DNA of 64,000 nucleotides from positions 13,330,001-13,394,000 of the forward strand of contig OZ059895.1 in the NCBI GenBank assembly GCA_964057225.1, in the 5' to 3' direction. Of the stretch, positions 29,973-41,800 are shown in pieces. Every line of letters starts with the position of its first letter. Position 1 is the stretch's first letter. The notes beneath the pieces are model-generated. The model saw only the letters and a program-made list of their open reading frames with translations. It ran no database searches and was not told where the DNA came from. The stretch is from Auanema rhodensis. Lineage: Eukaryota > Animalia > Nematoda. The position numbers and the translations under genes were made by a program.

Positions 29973-30382
29973 GAAAATATCTGATATTCAATGATTTACA
30001 TACTTATCCTCGTTATTGTTTTTTTTCCAATTTCATGTTAGTTATGTAATTTTCTACGTTACATCTAAATTCCTCGATGATATCAAATCTTATGAGCTCC
30101 AAATACAATAAATTAAAAAAGGTTTCACAGTTGTATAGTGTTAAAACAATGTTTGTTTCAATAGGAAATAGATAGAAACAGTAAAGTTAAGATGAAGGTT
30201 CATAAACTACTGGTTTATAACTGTAATATAGAAATAAGATTGAAGATATTTTGATGCCTTGGGTTGAGCTATCTAAGTAAAACTGCTAGAAAATTAAAAA
30301 CATTTGTTACGGAAGAGATAAAATTGAAAATCAGCTGCATTGCGTACTTTCAACGTGGTATGATCGTTAAAAAAAATTGAAA

Positions 30383-30501
30383 AGCTTACGGCACCCGGGA
30401 TTCCCAAGCCGTCTCCGATCCAAGTACTAACCGGGCCCAACGTTGCTTGACTTGCCAGATCGGACGGGATGGCGTACTTTCAACGTGGTATGGTCGTAAG
30501 C
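30383..30501 (-). rRNA. 5S rRNA
   Basis: Array copy. Confidence 0.95.
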
Positions 30502-30911
30502 GAAAATACCTGATATTCAATGATTTACATACTTATCCTCGTTATTGTTTTTTTTCCAATTTCATGTTAGTTATGTAATTTTCTACGTTACATCTAAATT
30601 CCTCGATGATATCAAATCTTATGAGCTCCAAATACAATAAATTAAAAAAGGTTTCACAGTTGTATAGTGTTAAAACAATGTTTGTTTCAATAGGAAATAG
30701 ATAGAAACAGTAAAGTTAAGATGAAGGTTCATAAACTACTGGTTTATAACTGTAATATAGGAATAAGATTAGAGATAATTCGCTGCCTTGGGTTGAGCTA
30801 TCTAAGTAAAACTGCTGGAAAATTGAAAACATTTGTTACGGAAGAGATAAAATTGAAAATCAGCTGCATTGCGTACTTTCAACGTGGTATGATCGTTAAA
30901 AAAAATTGAAA

Positions 30912-31030
30912 AGCTTACGGCACCCGGGATTCCCAAGCCGTCTCCGATCCAAGTACTAACCGGGCCCAACGTTGCTTGACTTGCCAGATCGGACAGGATG
31001 GCGTACTTTCAACGTGGTATGGTCGTAAGC
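30912..31030 (-). rRNA. 5S rRNA (acagg variant)
   Basis: Array copy. Confidence 0.93.
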
Positions 31031-31440
31031 GAAAATACCTGATATTCAATGATTTACATACTTATCCTCGTTATTGTTTTTTTTCCAATTTCATGTTAGT
31101 TATGTAATTTTCTACGTTACATCTAAATTCCTCGATGATATCAAATCTTATGAGCACCAAATACAATAAATTAAAAAAGGTTTCACAGTTGTATAGTGTT
31201 AAAACAATGTTTGTTTCAATAGGAAATAGATAGAAACAGTAAAGTTAAGATGAAGGTTCATAAACTACTGGTTTATAACTGTAATATAGAAATAAGATTG
31301 AAGATATTTTGATGCCTTGGGTTGAGCTATCTAAGTAAAACTGCTAGAAAATTAAAAACATTTGTTACGGAAGAGATAAAATTGAAAATCAGCTGCACGG
31401 CGTACTTTCAACGTGGTATGATCGTTAAAAAAATTTGAAA

Positions 31441-31559
31441 AGCTTACGGCACCCGGGATTCCCAAGCCGTCTCCGATCCAAGTACTAACCGGGCCCAACG
31501 TTGCTTGACTTGCCAGATCGGACGGGATGGCGTACTTTCAACGTGGTATGGTCGTAAGC
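31441..31559 (-). rRNA. 5S rRNA
   Basis: Array copy. Confidence 0.95.
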
Positions 31560-31969
31560 GAAAATATCTGATATTCAATGATTTACATACTTATCCTCGT
31601 TATTGTTTTTTTTCCAATTTCATGTTAGTTATGTAATTTTCTACGTTACATCTAAATTCCTCGATGATATCAAATCTTATGAGCTCCAAATACAATAAAT
31701 TAAAAAAGGTTTCACAGTTGTATAGTGTTAAAACAATGTTTGTTTCAATAGGAAATAGATAGAAACAGTAAAGTTAAGATGAAGGTTCATAAACTACTGG
31801 TTTATAACTGTAATATAGAAATAAGATTGAAGATATTTTGATGCCTTGGGTTGAGCTATCTAAGTAAAACTGCTAGAAAATTAAAAACATTTGTTACGGA
31901 AGAGATAAAATTGAAAATCAGCTGCATTGCGTACTTTCAACGTGGTAAGATCGTTAAAAAAAATTGAAA

Positions 31970-32088
31970 AGCTTACGGCACCCGGGATTCCCAAGCCGTC
32001 TCCGATCCAAGTACTAACCGGGCCCAACGTTGCTTGACTTGCCAGATCGGACGGGATGGCGTACTTTCAACGTGGTATGGTCGTAAGC
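31970..32088 (-). rRNA. 5S rRNA
   Basis: Array copy. Confidence 0.95.
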
Positions 32089-32498
32089 GAAAATACCTGA
32101 TATTCAATGATTTACATACTTATCCTCGTTATTGTTTTTTTTCCAATTTCATGTTAGTTATGTAATTTTCTACGTTACATCTAAATTCCTCGATGATATC
32201 AAATCTTATGAGCTCCAAATACAATAAATTAAAAAAGGTTTCACAGTTGTATAGTGTTAAAACAATGTTTGTTTCAATAGGAAATAGATAGAAACAGTAA
32301 AGTTAAGATGAAGGTTCATAAACTACTGGTTTATAACTGTAATATAGGAATAAGATTAGAGATAATTCGCTGCCTTGGGTTGAGCTATCTAAGTAAAACT
32401 GCTGGAAAATTGAAAACATTTGTTACGGAAGAGATAAAATTAAAAATCAGCTGCATGGCGTACTTTCAACGTGGTATGATCGTTAAAAAAATTTGAAA

Positions 32499-32617
32499 AG
32501 CTTACGGCACCCGGGATTCCCAAGCCGTCTTCGATCCAAGTACTAACCGGGCCCAACGTTGCTTGACTTGCCAGATCGGACGGGATGGCGTACTTTCAAC
32601 GTGGTATGGTCGTAAGC
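32499..32617 (-). rRNA. 5S rRNA (1 variant nt)
   Basis: Array copy. Confidence 0.93.
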
Positions 32618-33028
32618 AAAAATATCTGATATTCAATGATTTACATACTTATCCTCGTTATTGTTTTTTTTTCCAATTTCATGTTAGTTATGTAATTTTC
32701 TACGTTACATCTAAATTCCTCGATGATATCAAATCTTATGAGCTCCAAATACAATAAATTAAAAAAGGTTTCACAGTTGTATAGTGTTAAAACAATGTTT
32801 GTTTCAATAGGAAATAGATAGAAACAGTAAAGTTAAGATGAAGGTTCATAAACTACTGGTTTATAACTGTAATATAGAAATAAGATTGAAGATATTTTGA
32901 TGCCTTGGGTTGAGCTATCTAAGTAAAACTGCTAGAAAATTAAAAACATTTGTTACGGAAGAGATAAAATTGAAAATCAGCTGCATTGCGTACTTTCAAC
33001 GTGGTATGATCGTTAAAAAAAATTGAAA

Positions 33029-33147
33029 AGCTTACGGCACCCGGGATTCCCAAGCCGTCTCCGATCCAAGTACTAACCGGGCCCAACGTTGCTTGACTTG
33101 CCAGATCGGACGGGATGGCGTACTTTCAACGTGGTATGGTCGTAAGC
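33029..33147 (-). rRNA. 5S rRNA
   Basis: Array copy. Confidence 0.95.
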
Positions 33148-33557
33148 GAAAATACCTGATATTCAATGATTTACATACTTATCCTCGTTATTGTTTTTTT
33201 TCCAATTTCATGTTAGTTATGTAATTTTCTACGTTACATCTAAATTCCTCGATGATATCAAATCTTATGAGCTCCAAATACAATAAATTAAAAAAGGTTT
33301 CACAGTTGTATAGTGTTAAAACAATGTTTGTTTCAATAGGAAATAGATAGAAACAGTAAAGTTAAGATGAAGGTTCATAAACTACTGGTTTATAACTGTA
33401 ATATAGAAATAAGATTGAAGATATTTTGATGCCTTGGGTTGAGCTATCTAAGTAAAACTGCTAGAAAATTAAAAACATTTGTTACGGAAGAGATAAAATT
33501 GAAAATCAGCTGCATTGCGTACTTTCAACGTGGTATGATCGTTAAAAAAAATTGAAA

Positions 33558-33676
33558 AGCTTACGGCACCCGGGATTCCCAAGCCGTCTCCGATCCAAGT
33601 ACTAACCGGGCCCAACGTTGCTTGACTTGCCAGATCGGACGGGATGGCGTACTTTCAACGTGGTATGGTCGTAAGC
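33558..33676 (-). rRNA. 5S rRNA
   Basis: Array copy. Confidence 0.95.
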
Positions 33677-34087
33677 GAAAATATCTGATATTCAATGATT
33701 TACATACTTATCCTCGTTATTGTTTTTTTTTCCAATTTCATGTTAGTTATGTAATTTTCTACGTTACATCTAAATTCCTCGATGATATCAAATCTTATGA
33801 GCTCCAAATACAATAAATTAAAAAAGGTTTCACAGTTGTATAGTGTTAAAACAATGTTTGTTTCAATAGGAAATAGATAGAAACAGTAAAGTTAAGATGA
33901 AGGTTCATAAACTACTGGTTTATAACTGTAATATAGAAATAAGATTGAAGATATTTTGATGCCTTGGGTTGAGCTATCTAAGTAAAACTGCTAGAAAATT
34001 AAAAACATTTGTTACGGAAGAGATAAAATTGAAAATCAGCTGCATTGCGTACTTTCAACGTGGTATGATCGTTAAAAAAATTTGAAA

Positions 34088-34206
34088 AGCTTACGGCACC
34101 CGGGATTCCCAAGCCGTCTCCGATCCAAGTACTAACCGGGCCCAACGTTGCTTGACTTGCCAGATCGGACGGGATGGCGTACTTTCAACGTGGTATGGTC
34201 GTAAGC
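34088..34206 (-). rRNA. 5S rRNA
   Basis: Array copy. Confidence 0.95.
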
Positions 34207-34616
34207 GAAAATACCTGATATTCAATGATTTACATACTTATCCTCGTTATTGTTTTTTTTCCAATTTCATGTTAGTTATGTAATTTTCTACGTTACATCT
34301 AAATTCCTCGATTATATCAAATCTTATGAGCTCCAAATACAATAAATTAAAAAAGGTTTCACAGTTGTATAGTGTTAAAACAATGTTTGTTTCAATAGGA
34401 AATAGATAGAAACAGTAAAGTTAAGATGAAGGTTCATAAACTACTGGTTTATAACTGTAATATAGAAATAAGATTGAAGATATTTTGATGCCTTGGGTTG
34501 AGCTATCTAAGTAAAACTGCTAGAAAATTAAAAACATTTGTTACGGAAGAGATAAAATTGAAAATCAGCTGCACGGCGTACTTTCAACGTGGTATGATCG
34601 TTAAAAAAATTTGAAA

Positions 34617-34735
34617 AGCTTACGGCACCCGGGATTCCCAAGCCGTCTCCGATCCAAGTACTAACCGGGCCCAACGTTGCTTGACTTGCCAGATCGGACG
34701 GGATGGCGTACTTTCAACGTGGTATGGTCGTAAGC
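34617..34735 (-). rRNA. 5S rRNA
   Basis: Array copy. Confidence 0.95.
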
Positions 34736-34785
34736 GAAAATATCTGATATTCAATGATTTACATACTTATCCTCGTTATTGTTTT

Positions 34786-35122
34786 CGTTCCGTTATGCTC
34801 TCACGTCGATCCTATAGACCAATAAAGCCTACAAGATGAGTGTGATAGTATTCCAGATGTAGCGGTAGATAAAGAGCATAATGGATAAACATAAGACTCG
34901 AGAAAGAAAGGTTTATTATGTCTACATGATTACAATAAGTTATATAAGTCTACATAAAGATATAAAGTGAAAGAGAGCTAAGAAAGGAAGACCAACCATC
35001 CATAGTCATTCCATAAGGCAAAGCTGAAGTCTGTGTTCCATATGAAGGGCGTGTCGTCCTCTCTCAGCCTCATGTCGTCTGATTCTAACCCGCCTGCTAC
35101 GTATTGATTTCCGAATGGAACG
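34786..35122 (-). repeat. E3 3' LTR
   Basis: Direct repeat of 45915-46251; sense ends CGTTCCAT...CGGAACG. Confidence 0.95.
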
Positions 35123-35819
35123 TGCCATTTTTTCGAGTTTATGTCGCGTCCTCGCGAATAGCAAAATATGTGGCTTGTTTCAATCGTAGCAGAAGGTTTA
35201 GTTTTTAAAAAATAAAAATTACAATGTTAACATAAAAATAGTAAAGATAAATTACAATATAATGTTAAACAATATTATCTGAAAAGAATTTAATAAAAAT
35301 TATTTGAAAATACATGAATATTAAGGAATAAAACAATCTTTTAGAATACCAGGGCTATATTTTGTCAGCGAAAGTGCGCAAAATAGCTTTTTAGGCACGA
35401 CGCTGCATGTCTAACTTCTTTGAGTATAGAGAAACGAGAGTCATGCTATATTATCGATGGAGCTAGCATGTTTCCTCAGCGTATTCAAAGCGAATTGTAA
35501 TAATAAAAAAAATTAAACTAAATCCCATATAATTTCCGGAATTGAATCATTAACTACTTGATAAGGACTGTTGCTCAGATGATTATGCAATATAATGTCT
35601 CTTATCTTTCATTTCTTCTTTATTTACGGGAAATTATTTGAAATTGATGAAGTTTTATAATCATATATGCTTTGAAACTGAAATGCTTTTTGATTATTAG
35701 CTTACATCTCGTCTTACTCAAGTTTTTCAATGATATAATAATATTAATAGCTCTGGTTTTTTAAAAGAGTGTTGATACAAAGTTTTACAATAATTTTATC
35801 AATCTCGAAATTATTTCTT

Positions 35820-38800
35820 TCATCGTCTTCTTCTTGGTGGTAGCCAATTTTGGTCCGATGGGTCTTCTGGTTCTGTTTCTTCACTAGAGTCATAGTTATC
35901 GTTACCATTTATGACTTTTATGATCTCAATATCGCTGTCATCGTCCGTGTCATAAGTCGTTGTATTTGATCGCGTGTTTTGAGCGATTGTATGCTCCATT
36001 TTGCGATCAAAAAGTTTTAGATTGTCTTTGTGTACGTCTTGAATTTTTCCAAATGGATTCTTGAGTTGTACCATGTTTCCTTCAACGTTGATGACTTCAA
36101 ATGGTCCATCATATGATTTGCGAAGCTTTTGACCTGGTTTATGCGCTTTAATTGCTAACATAACTTGGTCTCCTTTTCGGATATCTCTTTCTTCTATTCG
36201 TTGTCGTCCATCATGTTTTCTCTTCGCGGTTTCTTGATGTTTTGCAAGATTTTCTTGAATGATGGTTCTTCTTTCTCCTCTGATATATTCGGTATTCTCA
36301 ATTTCTTCCAAGATCTCTGGTTGTAATGTCTCGGGGAATAATTCTTTGTCTAATCTCATACGACTTTCTTTTCCGAATAATGCTATGTATGGAGAGATTC
36401 CTGTGGTTGCGTGTGTTATTGTATTTAACGCAAAAGTAATTTTTGGTAAATACATGTCCCAATCAGTTACGTCTTCGTTCAGATAGTGTGTTAATCCTTC
36501 TTCTAGCGTTCTGTGTAGTCTTTCGACTTGTCCATTAGAATTTTTCTGATGAGGGACTGTTGGCTCGTGTTTAATGCCAAGTTTTTCACACATTTCTTCA
36601 AATTTCTTTGATACAAAATTAGATCCACGATCGGTTATTAAACGATTTGGTGGTCCAAAAATATATACGAAATTCCTGAGGAATCTATCAATGATGACAT
36701 CGGTGACAATTGTTGGTATAGCGATGGTTGTCGCCCATTTGGAGAATGAATCTTGTATTGTTAGGACATAATTGTTGTTTCTTTTTGAAGTAGGGAATGG
36801 TCCCATAATATCCATATGTATTCTCTCAAATGGTTTTGATGGTATTTCAAATTGACCCATAGGCTGAACGGTCATAGCGTGAGGATCTTTCTTCCTTTGT
36901 GCGCATTTAACGCATTGTTTCACAAAACTTGCTATGTCCGTTTGCATATTTGTCCAGCAAAATCTTCGTAGTATGGCTTCTTTAGTTTTGTTAATTCCTT
37001 GATGTGCTCCAATTGCTGGGTCTTCGTGAAATTCTTCGATAACCTTGTTGATAAGCTTGCTTTCCCTTGGTAAAATCAAAGCTGGGTGTGGTCGTTTTCT
37101 GCTTGGTTTTGTGTATAACATGTTGTCAATAACACAATAACGATCATTAGAAAGCATGTTCTTTTTCGCTCTGTATTCTATTTCGGCGATAGTTCTCTTT
37201 ATCCAAGGTGTATCCTCTTGAATTGCTCTAATGTCAGGTACATTAACGAAATTAATTTGAGCTTTCGGAATTTCTTTTGTTTTCTTTTTCTTTTCCGGTT
37301 TAGGATCGTTTGCTTCATCTCCAATGTATCGTGAGAGAGCATCACAGACTTTGTTTAGTCTGCCTTCTCGGTATCTTATCTCGATATCGTATTCCTGTAT
37401 GACTAATTGAAATTTTGCTAGTCTTCCAAAAAGGTCTCTACGAGTCAATAAGCTTGTTAATGGTCGATGGTCTGTGATACAGATTGTATGTGATCCAAGT
37501 ATATATGTTCGAAACTGAGCTAAAGCGTATACGAGTCCTAACGCTTCTATTTCAATAGGAGCATAGTTACGTTCTGCTTTTACAAGTTTACGGCTTGCAA
37601 ATGCAATTGGATGTAAGTTTTTGAGTGGTTCATTGGGATCTTCAGGTTGTAATAACACTGCTCCCACTGCGATATTACTACCGTCACTTTCTATAATGAA
37701 CATACGGTCTGATCTTGGTGGTTTTAAGACCGGTGCTTGGATCAATTTTCTTTTTAGTGTATCAACAGCTTGTTGACTTTTGTCATTCCATTGAAATTCC
37801 ACATCAAGTTTTGTAAGGTCGTATAAAGGGCTTGCGATGTGTGCAAAATCCTTAATAAATTTTCTAAAGAATCCTACCATTCCCAAAAATGCTCTTACTC
37901 CTGTAGGTGACTTTGGAGCAGGATAGTCTTGAATGGCGGATACTTTCTGTGGATCTGGTTTGACCCCATCTCTTCCGACAATTAAACCAAGAAATTTTAC
38001 TTCAGGTCTTGCAAAAGCGCATTTATTGAGTTTAATTTTCATGCCTAATTTCTTTACTTCTCTGAGAATCTCAGCTATATCGTCAAGATGTTGTTCTGCA
38101 GTGTCTGATATAACAAGTAAATCATCCAAATAAACAAAGAGTCGGCATTTACATCGGCTTTGAAGGTATCGTACTGCTGTTTGAAAGGTATGTGGCGCTC
38201 CACATAACCCCATAGGCATCCTTCTATATTGATAAGTACCGGTGTTTGTTGTAAATGATGTTAATGGTCGATCTGATTTCTTCAATGCTATTTGGAAGAA
38301 TCCGGATACTAAATCAAAGTTAGAAAAATATTGTGATCCGGCTGCCATATCGACAATGTCAGAGATGTTAGGTATGATGTACGTTTGCTTGCGAGTGACG
38401 TTATTTAGAGCACGGAAATCGGTTACGAAACGGAATGTTTCATCTTTCTTTTTGACTAAAACTACAGGACTATTGAAAAGAGATGTGGATGGTTCAATTA
38501 TATTTTGCTTCAGCATCTCCTGTACCTGTCTTTCGACTTCTTCTTGTTTGCCTATAGGGATACGCGTTATACGCGGTCTAGGCATGTCCATATCTGTTCT
38601 TAGAGGTATTGAATGCTCTACAGGTCCTTTAAATAGTCCTATTTGTTTATCCTCATTTAAAAATGCATCTCTATTACGGAGAATACAAAGCTGAAGAAGA
38701 TCTTTTTGTTCTTTAGTTAGGTCGGCGTCTTTTAAATCAAGATCGTTCATAAAGTCCTGAGGGAAATGAGGTAATTTATTTTCCCAATCCGCTTCGGGTG

Positions 38801-41800
38801 GTATATAGTCTGGATTGTGTTCGGTCGTAAAGATCTCGTATTGTGGCAGTACGCCTATTTTTGCTTTGTCAATAATGTTTCCGGGTGATAGATCTATAGG
38901 ATGATCAGTGTTGTTTTTGAATGTCATGGTAATTGAATTGACGTTTCGAAATGCTGTTTCGTAGGTGGTAGATATCGTATTTTCTTCATCGGGTTGTAGC
39001 ATGGCGATTTCGTTGTGTGATATGGGTTCAGCTAACCTTACTGGTATTCTACAGGTCTGATGAGGAAAGATACATTGTGGATTTAAGTTTATCAAATTAA
39101 TGACAAATGATGTTTTTCTAATATTCCCGTTATTTCCATTGGCTAACGGTACTACGCGGTTTCCGATTTCTAACGTTTGTTTGAATGGTCGAAGTTTCAT
39201 ACCGATATTTTGACGATCGAGTGTTTTCATAAAATCTAATCCAATTAATGCTGGTGATGGACAGTCTTCATCTCTTGAAATGAAGAATGTATGATCTATT
39301 TCATATCCAGCGATTTCTACGGTCAAATCAATTGTTCCCAGAAATCGAAATGCTGATCCGTTTGCTGTCGTCGCAACAGATTTATCCTTTTTTACAAAAT
39401 CATTCAAAGTTAAGTAATGTAATGTCGAGAGTCTGATATAACTAATCGATGATCCTGAATCCCAAAGAGTTAGGATTAGTCTATCGTTAACAGTCATCAA
39501 TAGCAGTGGTAGAGATTGGTCTTTGCGATTGGAAACTGAACAAACTATGGGCATAGCTAGTGGAACTAAAGTGAGAAACGATGGATAGTACTGTTTCATT
39601 ATGTTCCTTGGTATTGGCTGATCAGGTTGACTTACTAGCTCTAATGTTTCTTCATATGTGGGAAGATCGTTGGTTTGATCTCGGAGTTCGATATGCATGA
39701 CTTGCATGCCTATTGGTTTGAAGAAATATATTTTCGCAACGAAGGCTAGTACGATCAGTATAACTACAATAATTGTAATTGCTCCAATAGTGATGAGTGT
39801 TCGTTCAATCGTTCCTGCTATTGTATCGACAAAAGAATTCCATGTACTTTTGGTGAATTCATTGGCTTTGGAGATGTAATCACTACTTTTCTTCAATATG
39901 CTGAATGCTGATGATATTTTTGGATCATGATGAATTGTGTGAAGCACGTGATTTTGACGAATCGATGCTAAACTAGCACCATAAGCAATGGCTGTTGTCA
40001 TTGAGTACACTCGAGATGATAAGTTGGTGTATAAGTGTGCTCCGGTGAATTTTAATGGTGTGATCTTTTCATGATGAAGTCCGTCCCACATGGATATGAG
40101 ACTGACGTCTACAGTACCATTAATTCCTTTCCATTCACCGTCTGTTGACCATACGTCTGTTGGTACGTGATCACAGTTAATTTCTTTACCATGAGGTAAT
40201 AGGTCTTTCGATCCTGGTGCGGCAAACAGTAATTGTCCTTCTTGTGTTAATACAGGGGTTTCGAGATAACATGTGCCATTCACAGTGTGATTGTGATATA
40301 TATTCTTTTGTAATACTACCGGGCAAACATGTATATGTAATATCTCGCTGCCTACAAATCTTGCGGCTATATCTTCTCTTCCCAGTATTGTACGCATAGC
40401 TATTGTTGGTTCAATTTGTAAAATTGATCTCCATAATTCAAGATACCTATTTTGGATCTCACATATTGATTCGTATGACTCTTTAAAATGTTTCTGCAGT
40501 TCTTCTTGAATCATAGTTGTAGCATATTGCAAATGATCTTGTGCAATTCTGCTTGTTATGTTTTGGCGAAACTGTTGTTCAGAGTCAACTTTTGTGGCAA
40601 TGTATTGAGCATTAGCCTGTACAGACTCTATATCGGTGGCTGTAGGCGTTGATGATGCTCTATGTTTACGAATCAAAGATATTGGTGTATATGTAGTTTC
40701 TTCCATTATTGGAATTTGTTGATCTTGATGAACAGCGTAGAGAATAGTCGTTGGCGGCGCGCGGGTCGATATTGTTGCGCGCGCGGTTGTCGTTGCGGTT
40801 GTATGGCGCGCCGTTGTTTCGGGCTGGGCCATCGATGAAGGCGCGCGCGCGGTAGTTGCTGCGGCTGCCCGAGGGCTTGTAGATGTTTGCGGCAGTATTG
40901 CGGGATCTGTTGTGATCAGCGCCTCACGATCGATTATAGGGAGGGCTGCCATCTCGGCCGCGCCGCCTGCCGCGTTGCTTGGCGCACGCGTCGTGGTTTG
41001 CAACGATTTAAGTTGGATTTTCTCTGTCATTAATCTTTTTAACTGTTCTGATGATATTCTACTAGATGTATTAGGCAAAATATTATCGTTTAGTAGTGGT
41101 AAAAATATTTCCAATAATAAGTCCTTAGAGATGTTGTTGGGCTCTATGAGCTTGGGATGTGGTCCAATTTGTATTCCAAAATTATTCTTGATGTCATAGA
41201 ACAATTTATCCGTATCAAGTACAAACATTCGTGAAGATGGAAGGTTTATAAATTTTATGTCATCAATATCAGCTGCTGTTTTATTTCTTCTAAGCGTAAC
41301 GAGAGTTTTAAGCTCATGTACAAGGTCAATTGTATCTTTTATAAATTTGCTGTTTCTTTCTTCTTGATCAGTTAATAATTGTTTTCTTATTGGTGGCATT
41401 TTTACGAATGCTTTCAATATTTCTTGTCTTGATGGAACTGTTAATTTGTCTTCAATTATAACTGGTGTATTGGCTAAATCAAGAGCAATAGTTTCAGCAC
41501 GTTCTCGATAAGTGCCTTCTTTTGTACGAATTAACCGATCAAATTCAATAACGGTCAAACGATCTGATATTTGTTGAAGAAGTTGCCTGGATGTTAAATA
41601 AGATATTCCAGCTTTAGTAGCTAAAGCTAATTCTCTTTGAGCAACATATTGTAAAATGGCTTCGTCTTTATCACGAAAATCATATTGTTTGAGAAAATGT
41701 CTTAAAGATTTCTCATAAATTTGAATTTTAAAGAAAAATTCAAAATTTTCACGATGGGCTTTTATCCATTCTTTCAAGGAATATGTAGGGTCTACCATAC

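Larger units (their letters stand above)
25297..34785 (-). repeat. 5S rDNA tandem array segment, 18 units of 529-530 bp
   Basis: Periodic unit with a few spacer variants. Confidence 0.97.

Noticed and set aside
25297-34785. CRISPR-like array or satellite DNA
   Set aside because: Units are near-identical 529-bp repeats each containing a 5S gene; there are no unique spacers and no cas genes.
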